From the human T2T-CHM13v2.0 reference genome, Homo sapiens: a DNA stretch of 64,000 bases. The stretch lies in the NCBI RefSeq assembly GCF_009914755.1, contig NC_060939.1. One strand, given 5' to 3'. The position numbers and the translations under genes were made by a program. Positions 32,465-44,785 of this stretch are shown piece by piece (the first letter of the stretch is position 1; each line of letters begins with the position of its first letter). The notes beneath the pieces are model-generated. The model saw only the letters and a program-made list of their open reading frames with translations. It made no database searches and was not told the DNA's origin.

Positions 32465-32980
32465 GAATTATTATCCGTTAGTTCATCCACTGAAATCATA
32501 CTTAGAATCTACTATGTTCCAGGTGCTCTTCCAGACACAAGAGCCCCAAAAGTATGAAGACAGTCAAGCTCTCCACTTTCATGAGGAGGAAATAATAACC
32601 AAGGAAAAATATGCAAGATAATTACAGTTAGTGTGAGTGCAAAAACACAATAAAATAAGATGATATATGAAGAGTAGGTAGGGAAGAGGACTTTAGATCA
32701 GATGATCAGGGAAGGACTCGAGTAAGTGACATTGGAGGTGCACATGAGGTTACCAGCACTTGGAGATTTGGGGCAGAGCACTTTAGCCAGCAAGACCAGC
32801 AAGAGCCAAGGCTTGGGGTAGAACTGAGTCTGAAACTACACCTAGAGCATGGCAAACAAGGGGCATCGCTAGTCCAAGAGGTTAGAAGTGAGCTGTGGTA
32901 AAGAGATGAGATCTTTGTCCTAAGTGTAATGGGAATCCACTGGAGAATTTAAGTTAAGGTAGTGAAGTTATCTGATTTCA
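32465..32980 (-). mobile_element. L2 3' remnant
   Basis: 'ttcatcc...tacttagaatctactatgttccaggtgct', 'gatcagggaagg...gtgacattggag', 'gtaatgggaatccactggagaattttaag'. Confidence 0.7.
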
Positions 32981-33689
32981 GCAAGTGGACCCCAGAACCC
33001 CTAAATATAGGAAAAGATGCTCTTTAGGAGGCAGTTGGCTTATTTTCCTGATGAATGGAAATGCTGTGTCTGAATAACTTGCAAAAGCAAAGTGGAAAAT
33101 CTGCAGGTGCCACTCTGAGTGCAGAGCCTTGCTATTTACTTATGGATCCCAGAGGTTTCTGACGTGGTCCTGGTATAAAAGATTCTAGGCAGCTGTGAAG
33201 AGTGAGTCCAGGGGTAGCCAATCCCGAGTTCTGTCTGGGCATGTATCACAGCCACAGTCACGGAGGCAAGTTTGTGAAGGTGGCTTAACACACAGCATGA
33301 GTATCCCAGCATCGTTGCTGAAATTGCTTCCTCCCTGCTGTCTCCCAGGAAACAGACTCACTGACCCAATCTTTTTCTGCATTTCTAATTTCTGCCATCA
33401 ATGGCCAGTGATTATCTAAATGGGATTGCTCAAGTATGTCTTTACTGTATTGAAGATGAAATAGCAGCCACAAGGCATTTTTTAAGCATGAACTACCTTT
33501 AGTATAAAATAAACTATTTCATTTATTCAGCTCATCATCTGTTATCCTTAAACAGTTCCATATGCATTGGTTTATATTTGATATACAAGACTGCTGAGCC
33601 ATAGCACCCACGTGGTAACAGCAGGCACACGTTTTAAACAAGCTTGATGTTACTGCCCTATAATATCCTGCCACAGAGCATTCTTTCCT

Positions 33690-33860
33690 AAGAGTACAAT
33701 GCTCTTTGTGAATATCACCTCATTAATTCTGGGAGAGGCAGTGACAATCCCTTTCCCCGCATTTTACCCGTAAGGAAACAGAACCACAGAGAGATTCAGA
33801 GTGAGCCAAGATGATGTGCAGTTACTTGATGGCAGGATCACAGATAAATTCCTCATTTCA
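33690..33860 (-). mobile_element. MIR fragment
   Basis: 'tcacctcattaattct...ccccgcattttacccgtaaggaaacagaa..cagagag' reverse MIR core. Confidence 0.6.
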
Positions 33861-33908
33861 TTTGAACTGAAGACTTTACATCCTGCCCCACCCACACGAT
33901 GCCAATTC

Positions 33909-34343
33909 ATCAAGCCCTAACGAATAAAGCTACCTAACATCCATCCCTGAACTTTATATGTATCCTGGAGTCTCCTCAATCCTCTCCAATTTGTTTGGGT
34001 CACGGCCATTCCAGAATCTACTCATGGTACTTTTTGTATCAGGCAGGTTTTATTCTCTGAGGTTTGGGCTCTAGTTTCCACCCACATTCACAAACAATGG
34101 GCACAGTCATGGAGGCTCTGAATGCAAAGCTGTGGACTCTTCTCAGCATTTTTGTGGTTGTCTTGGACGTTCATAGGGATCCAAATGGACCGAGTACTTT
34201 GAGTTAGCACCAGTCTCTACTTTTAAACTATTCAAAACAGCCCTGTAAAACTTAGAAATGGCTCATGACTAGGGTTGTTTTAATTAACCTTGGGTTTTTA
34301 ATAAATTCTGTTTGTTAGCATTTTACAATTCAAGAATTCCACT
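33909..34343 (+). repeat. Copy B of the ~435-bp dispersed direct repeat
   Basis: Hand alignment to 31874-32307. Confidence 0.95.
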
Positions 34344-34893
34344 ACCTTATGTCTCAAAATAAAGTTAAATTTTAAGAAAGTATTTTCCATCTTGAGTAGC
34401 CTACCAGTTACTGTTGATGTCAATGATGCCAAATTTTTAGTGACTTGTTTCAGGTTTGATGAAGCTCATGATGACAGCTGTCTTTTGTGGCTTGTAGAAA
34501 AGCAAAGGAAATGCAGAAAAAAGACATCTGATCTGAAATTACTTGGTGGGTAAATGTGAATTTGATATCTGTGAGAAGCAAGTAATATTCCAGTTGTCTT
34601 CAGGTTATTTTCTCCAGCAATTTTGCACCATCGCTACATCTCTAATATCACTGTAGGTTGTCTTTCTCAGTGTGAAAAATAAATAATGAAAATCTCTAGG
34701 TTGGACTAAAGCAAAGGACAACAATGGGTCAGCCACATCAATCTCCCTTGTGCTCTCAGTTCTCCTCAAGTATTTCGTTTTCATGGCATTCCTCAGTCCA
34801 CCTAACCATCTGGGCCCATAAACAAAAATATTCATTAGTCCCTTAACAAAGAAACCTTATTCACATGGTTCCAAAGCCATGAGTACATTCTCA

Positions 34894-37588
34894 ATTTTTA
34901 AAATTTTTTAATTAAAAAATAAAAGTTGAATATATTTATGGTATACAACATATTTTGAAATATGTATACATTGTGGAATGGCTACATCAAGCTAATTATC
35001 ACATGCATTGCCTCACATGCTTATCATTTTTAGGGGCTGAGAATACTTAAAGTCTACTCTCTTAGTAATTTTCCAGTGTATGTTGTACAACAGATCTCTT
35101 GAATTTATTCTCATAAGTGAAATGTTGCACCCTTTCACGAGTATCTTCTCTCTGCCCCCATCCTCTAGACCTTGGTAACCATCCCTGTACTCTCTACTTC
35201 CATGAGTTCAAAGTTTTTAGATTCCACGTATAAGTGAGATCATATGGTATTTGTCTTTCCATGTCTGGCTTATTTCACTTAACATAATGTCCTCCACGTC
35301 CATCTGTACTGATGTAAATGGCAGGATATTCTTATTTTTTTCAGGCTGAATAGTATTTCTTTGTGTATATATACCACATTTTCTTTATCCATTAATCCAC
35401 TGATGCATTTAGACATTTAGGTTGATTTCACAGCTTGGCTATTGGGACTAATGCTGCAATAAACGTGAGCATGCAGATATCTCTTCAACATACTTATTTC
35501 ATTTCCTTTGGATATATACCCAGTTGTGGGATTGCTGGATCATATGGTAATCCCATTTTTAATTTTTTGAGGAAATTCTGTACTATTTTCCATTATGGCT
35601 ATACTAATTTACATTCCCAATAACGGTGTGCAAGAGTTCCTTTTTCCCTACATCCTCACCAATAGTTGTTATTTTTTGTCTTTTTGATAATAACCATTCT
35701 AATAGGTCTGAGATGATATCTTATTGTGCTTTTAATTTGCATTTCTCTGATGATTAATGATGTTGAGCACCTTTCCATATGTCTGATGGCCATTTGTATG
35801 TCTTCTTTCGAGAAATGTCTACTCAGGTCCTTTGTCCACTTGTGAATCAAGTTATTTGTGTTCTTGCTATTGAGTTGAGGTCCTTATATATTTTGGATAT
35901 TACCCCTCATTAGATGTATACTTTGCAAATATTTTCTCCCATTCTGTAGATTGTTCCTTCACTCTGTTGTTTCCTTTCCTGTGCAGAAGCTTTTTCGTTT
36001 GATAAAATGTCATGTGTCTAGTTTTGCTTTTGCTGCCTATGCTTTGAATTCATATCTAAAAAATAATTGCCCAGACCAATGTCATGAAGGTTTCCTCCTA
36101 TGTTTTTTTCCAGTAGTTTTACATTTTCAGGCCTTATGTTTAAGTTTTTAATCCATTTTGAGTAGATTTTTGTCTGACGTAAGACGGGGGTCTAATTTTA
36201 TTCTTCTGCATGTGAATATCCAGTTTTCTGAGCACAACTTAGCAAAGTCTTCTCTCCCCATTGTGTGTTCTTGGCATCTTTGTCAAAAATCAATTGACCA
36301 TGAATGCATGATTTATTTCTGGGATCTCTATTCTGTTCTATTGGTCTATGTGTCTGCTTTTATGACAGCACCATGCTGTTTTAGTTACTATAGCTTTGTA
36401 GTAGATTTTGAAGTCAGATAGTGTGATGTCTACAGCTTTGTTCTTTTTGCTCAAGATTGCTTTGGCTATTCAGGGTCTTTTGTGGTTCTATATGAATTTT
36501 AGGATTTTTTTCTACTTATGTGAAAAATGTTATTCACAATTTCATAGGGATTGCATTCAATCTGTAGATCACTTTGGGTAGTATGGACGTTTTGACAATA
36601 TCAATTCTTCGGATCCATGAACACAGAATATCTTTCTATTTATTTGTGTCTTCAACTTTTTTCATCAATGTTTTATAGTTTTCAGTGTACAAATCTTTCA
36701 CCTCTTTAAATGTAATCCTAAATATTTTTATAGCTATTACGTATGGGATCATTTTCTTGATTTCCTTTTTAGGTAATTTTTTTGTAAGTATATAGAAATG
36801 CTACTGATTTTCGTGTATTGATTTTTGTATTCTGCAACTTTACTGAATTCACTTATTAGTTCTAATAGATATTTGCTGAAATCTTTAGATTTTCTAAATA
36901 TAAGATCATGTCTGCAAACAGAGACAATGAACTTTTTCCTTTTTAATTTGGATACCTTTTACTTCCTTCCTTTGTCTAATTGCTCTGGCTAGAAATTCCA
37001 GTACTATGTTAAATAGAAGTGATGAGAGTGGGCATCCTGGTCTTGAACCTGATATTAGAGGAAAAATCTCTGAACTTTTCACCACTGAGTTGGATGTTAG
37101 CTATGGGTTTGCAGTATATGGGCTTCATTGTGTTGAGGTACATTTCTTCTATACCGAATCTGTTGAGAGTTTTTAATCAGGAAAAAATGTTGCATTTTGT
37201 CAAATGCTTTTTCTGAAACTATTGAGATGATCATATGGTTTTTATCCCTTCTGTTAATATGGTGTATAACATTTATTGATTTGCATATGTTGAGCCATCC
37301 TTGCACCCTAGGGTTAAATCCCATGTAATCACGGTGAATGGTCTTTCTAATGTGCTATTGAATCTGGTTTGCTGGTACTTTGTTGAAGATTTTTGCATTT
37401 ATGTTCTTGAAGCATACTGGACTATAATTTTCTCTTCTTGCAGTGTCCTTGTCTAGTTTTGTTATCAGGGTAATGCTTGCCTTGTAAAAAGAGTTTGGAA
37501 GTATTCCTTCCTCTTTGGTTTTTTGGAAAATATGAGTTCTTCTTTAAATATTTGGTAGAATTCATCAGTGAAGTCAGCAGGTCCTTGG
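34894..37588 (-). mobile_element. 5'-truncated L1MA (MA7-9-like)
   Basis: L1MA 3'UTR 'atgtatacattgtggaatggcta..tcaagctaatta..acatgcatt' and ORF2 remnants (35656-35850, 37097-37324). Probable TSD acattctca at 34885-34893 and 37589-37597. Confidence 0.9.
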
Positions 37589-38547
37589 ACATTCTCATTT
37601 GAATGTTCCATTTTTATGATGTCATTCATTGAGCTACAAAAGAACCACTTGATACTAGTGTCCAAATTCCAGTACTTTAATGAGGTACACAGATTCTCAC
37701 CTAAACTCTTTACATGTACACTACTCTTTAAAGATACTTAAAATAATCTTAAACTAAGTGAGCAGTGGATAGAATTGAGGTAATCCTGACATAGTCTACA
37801 TACAAGTGCTTTCTTACAGCAAAATAGAAACAACAGAATCTGATTCTATACCTAGGTCTTGTTTCTTCAATAATCTTTGAGTTAATCTGTCCCAGAATTA
37901 ATGCCTGTGCCATTGCCCAGAATGCTGAATGACCCTGGCCGATACATGTTGACTTGCTCAGAAGTCTCTTCAGGGGAAGCTAGCTAAACATGATCTGGGA
38001 GAGGACTACGCTTGAGGACGTATCAGGTCTCTACTTTTCATGTTTTTCTCTTCCCATTCTACTTTCCACAAAATATCCAGAGATTCTTAGAAGGGCCAAA
38101 TGTTGAAGGTGGTCATGCACAGGCCTAGCTTGATTCCCAGCCAGGGTAGGAGTTTTCTAAAAATACTATCCCCATCAGATTCCTGATACTTATAAGTTTA
38201 AAAGTTGAACAAAATCTTATATACACAATGTATAATGAGTCTTAAAATGTTATTTCCTAGGAAAAGGAAATCTATGATTTAAAGTTAAACCAAAGTATAA
38301 ATATGTGGTATCAGAGATAAGGAAAATCATGGTCAGAAAACCTGAGTGCAGACCTCAATTCTGCGACTTTTCCCCATCTTTGTGAATCTGGACAGTTTAT
38401 ATATCTTGAATCTTAGCTTCTTGGTTTGCAAAAAAAAAAAAAAAAAAAAGCATAATAATTAATGCCATGGAGATTTTATAATTAAAGGGAGAATAAAACT
38501 AATGCACCAAACTAATATAATCAATATTGCCAACAACGAATGATGTT

Positions 38548-38750
38548 TAGTCTTCATTCTTACTTTATCCATTAGCAGCATTTGATGTCCTTGACCCCTC
38601 TCTGATTCTCAAAACGCTTTTTTCCCTTGGCCTCCTGGATCCTACACTCTCCTAGGGTTTTATCTTCCTCCTTTGACTGGTTGCTTCTCAGTTTTCTTTA
38701 TTGTTTCCTCATCTTTCTGGCATCTTAACATCTGAGTGTTCTAGGGCTCA
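38548..38750 (+). mobile_element. L2 RT-region remnant
   Basis: 'agcagcatttgatgtccttgacccctctct..ttctcaaaacgc' matches the L2 SAAFDTVDH-coding region. Confidence 0.7.
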
Positions 38751-39467
38751 GGAGTAGGAAATCCTCAGCAGAAGCAGACTGCAAAGTCAAACCTTTCAAG
38801 CATTCAGAACCAGCAAAGTCTGCCTGTGGGCAGACAGAAGAGCTGTCCACTATGTAGTGAGAATAAAACTCTACCCAAATGTAGATGTCTGCTAAACTCC
38901 AACGGTGAAAGGAATGGGATGTGACCCCATGATCAGGATTACCCAGAATAATCCTCACTTCAGTCTGGCCGACATCCACAAGTATCTTATATTTGGCCCA
39001 CCTCGAACTGAGGAGGACTCAGACACATGTTACTGCCCCAGCCTGAGGCCATCAAAGAAAACATCTCAAAGATTCTCTTTTACCAAAAAGATTCATGTCA
39101 GATTTTCAGACTAAGGCCCTTGGTACTAATGAATTTTGAGTTGGAGTGGTAGCCTTGGCAAAATAATGATGACAATTCAATTTAGGCCTCCTAATATGTG
39201 GATGTTCCTGGAGGTGGAGGAAGAAAACTTGGACACAACTGGAATGTGTGTTAGACAGCAGAAATAGAGGCCATGACCAGCTTAGGCCCTAGGTTCCTGA
39301 GATACAATAATTCTTCTGAAATGGTGTCCTTTTACTCTGTCTTCCTAGAAGAACTCAGCTCTACAAGTTTTAAAACATTGCTGGGAAGAATGATCTCCAT
39401 TTTAAATTCTGGATACACGGAGCTCAAGATGGCAACAAATCCAACACTAAAGAAACCGATACTCCTT

Positions 39468-39690
39468 AGGCACTTACTTTATGCCTAACATTGCTATGTG
39501 TGATTCACATGTTATCTCCATTAATCCCCATAATTACAGGGACACACTAGTATGACCCCCACTTTATAGGTGAAGAAATTGAGGCTCAGAAAATGGTTAA
39601 GCCACTTACTCAAGGTTGCCCAGCAAGTGATGGAGTCAAGATGAAAATAGGCAACCCGATTCCATAGCCCACATGCTCCATGGCCCTGGT
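39468..39690 (-). mobile_element. MIR
   Basis: 'ccccactttataggtgaagaaattgaggctcagaaaatggttaagccacttactcaagg'. Confidence 0.8.
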
Positions 39691-40015
39691 GCTCCATGCT
39701 CTGTGCACAGACTGGCTGAGGCAGAGCTGCAACAGGATCCCTGACAGCTAAAGTTGCCATTACAATGATGATTCGTATCCTTCATTTAAATATAGATGAA
39801 CACCACAAAATGACAAATGTATCTTTATGTTAAAGGTGTGTCCATTATGATGCAATAATTGGCCCTTTTAGCATTTTCATTGCCACGAATCACACATTAT
39901 GTAACTATTACTAAGCTAATCCCACTAAAGCCTATTAATGTCAGAAAGACTTGGGTGTTTCACTACTAAACTGTCTCTGAGGATGTTTTAACACTTGTTC
40001 TTAGGCTGCATTTAA

Positions 40016-40365
<350 letters not shown>

Positions 40366-41386
40366 AAATCCATTTTTAACACAACCAAACAAAACATCAA
40401 CTTGATTGAGAGCTCCAGGACATTGATTGAGAGCTGTTGCCATATGTTTTTAGGCTCCAGTATATCAAGGCTAAAGTGCTCACCATTGCTAGAGGACAAA
40501 AACACACAGCAGCTGCTCAGCAATGCCTAAGCCTGTGGCCCAAGTCGAAAAGAATTAGACCAAGTATTACAGTAATCAGGCCTCAAGCAAGCAAAAGCCT
40601 GGCTCAATACTAAGAACCCCCTACTAATGGGGAGAGCACACCTCCATACTCCGGTGCCTGGGGAAACATTTCCCAGGAGTGTGGTGGTGTTCTGCCTGCT
40701 GGGAGATAGATACCATTAACCTCTCTTCTTACTATGTTTGAACTCCACTTGCACTCTTATCTCTGAATTTTGTCTTGTTTCCACTAAGTATTGCTTGCCC
40801 CTTCTTCTTCATACTCAAAAATATGGATGTAATATACCTGCCTCTAAGGCCCCTTTGAAAGTTCATCTTCACCCCCAAGTTAAACAGAAAACCCTCATGC
40901 ATGTGTGCAGTCTGATTTCATCTTATGTGGCGCTCCTCCTACTGACAAAATATGTTCTCACTCTGAGAAGTTTCCCTGTGCCGCTTTAGTAATAAACAAA
41001 TCCACCTGTGTTTGCATCCTAGGCGTTCTCAGTGTACCACACTTGAGCTCTGCCTCCCCGGTTAGGCATCTGCTCTGGAAGCACGAGGAATATTGCTTTC
41101 AGTCCTCTTATATTCCTGATACCCTTGACTTTGCAAGGCCTAGCAATACGCGGCACTTACTATAAATTAAATAAATAAAAATTCATTTAAGTCAATCAAA
41201 CCAACAGCTCTCTGTTTCTCCTGTGAAATGGAGAGGCAGATGAGTAGCCCAGCATTCTGCATGGTTCCCCTGATGCACTCTCCCTGCCCACTGAAGCAGC
41301 CCTGCAGTTCCACCCAGTCATTCCCTGCTTCTCTGCACCATAGTGACGGGTCCACCTAGAAGGAAACTCCCTTTAAAAGTTGCTCC

Positions 41387-41432
41387 ATTAAACTGATAAG
41401 AACAGATACTACACTTGATTTTAGCCAAGAGG
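41387..41432 (-). pseudogene. RNU2: U2 snRNA retro-fragment (U2 nt ~13-58), antisense-fused to L1
   Basis: Minus strand cctcttggctaaaatcaagtgtagtatctgttcttatcagtttaat matches recalled U2 nt 13-58 at 44/46 and includes the branch-point recognition GTAGTA. Confidence 0.93.
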
Positions 41433-42075
41433 ATATGGAGAAATAGGAATGCTTTTACACTGTTGGTGGGAGTGTAAATTAGTTTAACCATTGTGGAAGA
41501 CAGTGTGGCGATTCTTCAAGGATCTAGAACCAGAAATACTATTTGACTCAGCAATCCCATTACTGGATATATACCCAAAGGATTACAAATCATTCTACTA
41601 TAAAGACACATGCACATGTATGTTTACTGCGGCACTATTCACAATAGCAAAGACTTGGAACCAACCCAAATGCCCATCGATGATAGACTGGATAAAGAAA
41701 ATATGGCACATATATATCATGGAATACTAAGCAGCCATAAAAAAAGGATGAGTTCATGTCCTTTGCAGGGACATGGATGAAGCTGGAACCATCATCCTCA
41801 GCAAACTAACAGAACAGAAAACCAGAAACTGCATGTTCTCACTCATAAGTAGGAGTTGAACAATGAGAACATATGGACACAGGGAGGGGAACATCACACA
41901 CCAGGGTGAGGGGCTAGCGGAGGGACAGCATTAGGAGAAATACCTAATGTAGATGATGGGTTGATGGGTGCAGCAAACCTCCATGGCTCGTGTATACCTA
42001 TGTAACAAACCTGCATGTTCTGCACATGCACCCCAGAACTTAAAGTATAAAATAAAATAATTATAAATTTTTTTA
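41428..42075 (+). mobile_element. 5'-truncated L1PA (about PA7) 3' end
   Basis: ORF2 C-terminal ORF at 41491-41730, 3'UTR and a decayed tail. TSD aaaagttgct(c/t)catt at 41375-41389 and 42076-42090 encloses both U2 and L1. Confidence 0.94.
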
Positions 42076-43632
42076 AAAAGTTGCTTCATTCTGGGGACAA
42101 GAGACCACCAAGCTGTTGCATGTTAGAACAGACCTACTGGGAGGCAGTAGAGGGCACTGTGGACTCATGCCCATGACACCCCCAATAAGCACACCTATGG
42201 CAAAGAGGAAGTGCCTAAGTCCACAGGTCTCGAGTTTGTAGTGCGCATACCTCCTGTCCAAGTCTATTGCTGCTGTTGCTTAGCCCTTTCAATATTCTTT
42301 TCTTACATTTTGTTTTTCTTAACTGTATCAAAGCTTGTGAAAAATTCATATCAGTTATTTCAATTTTTCTGAAAGATTCAGTAAATCAGATATTGTTTTA
42401 AAACAATCATCACCAAAGCCACGTGGCTTAGTGAGGATTGTTTTAAAACAGTCAATGAGGAAGTTAGGAAATAATTCTTCATCTCCAGACTTAATTGACT
42501 AAGTCCCAAAGATTATTACCCTATATTATCTCTTAAATCACACCCCCTCTTACTTAGGACAGGAACATACCCCTGAACAACAGTGCTCAGCTGAGGGGGT
42601 GAACAAGGCTAAAACCCAGCCAATCACTGCTGGCAAGGCCTTGAGCCCTGGCTCCAGGCTGCACCTGCCTTAGGAAGGGGCGTCTCTCTACGACACTGAA
42701 TGGCCTCCTGTGGATCACCACAGACCTGCTTTAACCACCTTAACTGCAACCACCTTGTTCTTGGCCCTTATTTATACGTTGACCACTATGACCATCTCCT
42801 AACACTCCTAGAGGTAACTTAAACTGCATACACACACATATATTCATAACTGAACAAGCTTTATGCATATTTACAAATTAAATGTGCCATCACTGAAATT
42901 CAAATTAAAAGCATTAATCAAATGTGACCAACATACTGTTTGACTAAAATTGAACCTCTTCTGCTCCAGGGAGGATAAGGAGCTGACAGCTATGTTACAA
43001 GATCTATCTAGTTTTGTACTATATAGACCATGTGTTATGCAATGACTCAATATCCAATCAATGTTTTCTCTGATAAAGTCCTTCCAAACTGTCTGTTGGC
43101 ATCATTTGGCCATTATGAAGTTTATGTTTGTTTTAGTCTCATTATGTGGAAACAGTTAAAGCAGTCCTACTGGAACCCAAATAATCTTATGTTCAAATGT
43201 CTACTTGGACTTAAATCTCATTTTAGTACACAGGCAATAAAATAATGATCCCGATAATCCAGATCCAGATAATCCAGAAGGTGCTTATTGTAGTTAAACA
43301 TAAACAAAAGTAAGCTAATTGCTAAATTTAGAGCCCAAAAGGGCCAGACCACCATCATACCTGAATTTATAGATCAAAAGAAACCAAGTTGAAATCCAAC
43401 TCTTTCCTTACAGGTTTTAATATTAGATGGCTACAGGAGGACTCAGGCTTAGAAAACACCACTTCTCATGCTTATGGTATTAAGCCCTCCTTTCAGTAAA
43501 TAAGGAAGGGGATATATCCTCCATGAGAAACTTAAATAAATATAGCTGTTCTTCCACTGACCTATATTTCCTATCAGAGAACACCAAATACTATGTAAAT
43601 AGAAAATAACTCTACTGTTGAGATAATCTATA

Positions 43633-43817
43633 AGAGGGTCAGCAAACCATAGCTTTAGGGCCAAATCCAGTTCTTGCCTTGTTTTTGTACTTCCTGAAAG
43701 CTAAGAATTTTTACATTATTAAAGGATTATTAAAAATGAATTTATAATGGAGACAGTATGATAGGTCACAAAGTCTAAAATTTTCTACCCTGTCTATGTA
43801 AAGTTTTCCAACCACTG
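43633..43817. mobile_element. MER58A-like hAT-Charlie MITE
   Basis: 'ggggtcagcaaacc..ggccaaatcc...gtttttgta...gctaagaattttacatt...aaagttttccaaccactg'. Confidence 0.65.
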
Positions 43818-44654
43818 AACTAGATAATACCCTAATAAAGAATATTACCAATGAAAACTACATAGAGCTATTCATCATTTCTATGTAAATTCACTGTCAA
43901 AAAATGATCATCAGAAATAAGATGGACATATTTTACCATCCATGAACTTTTATTTCTTGGACTTCTATGTAATAAGGGTTCATCAGTGAATGTCCATGTA
44001 GAACATTTTTTGTCCAGTCAAGTCTAATGTGTTTAAACTGGCCAGTATTTGATAAGACTAACATCTTTATCACAGCCTCCATCCTGAACTGCTTGCCTTC
44101 ATCCAACTCAAGCCCCATTACCTAACGTTTTCCTGAATGTTAGTCCTCCTGAGAGCTCAATTTGCCCTCTTTGGGCAGCATTGCCTTGATCACAAATCTG
44201 CTGCTCAAGACCCCTTTTCTGGCTCTGATCTCAATTTCCATTTGCAATCACTCATTTGATTATGCTCTTCAGAACAAACCAGGATTGTCTCACTAAGTCT
44301 AGCCCGTTCTTACAAGACAGTTCTTACTGTACTTACTGTACAATGCAGCTGATGAATGCCCATACTGGGATGAAGCCAGGCATACTGTCACCCAGTGACT
44401 TGGAAATTTAATACTCAACTGATGATGCCAGGATAGGAAGCCAGCCAAACTGGCTCAGTCAAAACAAAAATCTTCTTTCCTTTCTTTTGATTTTTGCTCC
44501 AAAATGGCTAATTCATTTGATGGGGAACTTGAGTTTTCTTTATAGAGTGAAATTGAGAAAGATAATAATTAATTTTGAAAATATATACAGAAACATTGGA
44601 GCTCTAAGGCAGTCTGAGGCAATGCCTTTTAACTAGGAGCCAGAGATCCCTATG

Positions 44655-44785
44655 ACAATGCTTCTCAGTGTTTGGTCCAGCTCACTTAAACCAGAATTCT
44701 CTTGAGTGCTTATTAAAAATTTGGAATCCTGGGACTAACTCTCTAATATCTGATGAATCAGAATTTTTGAGAATGGAGTCCCACT
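44655..44785. mobile_element. MER5B-like fragment
   Basis: 'cttctcagtg..tggtcc...cagaattc...gtgcttattaaaaat...gaatcagaatt..tgaga..ggagtccca'. Confidence 0.5.

Noticed and set aside
31874-34343. Direct repeats as the LTRs of a provirus
   Set aside because: No TG/CA termini, PBS, PPT or gag/pol remnants, and the spacer contains far older L2/MIR sequence.
42144-42157. CTCF-like motif GCAGTAGAGGGCAC
   Set aside because: It mismatches a conserved core C and cannot be supported without ChIP data.
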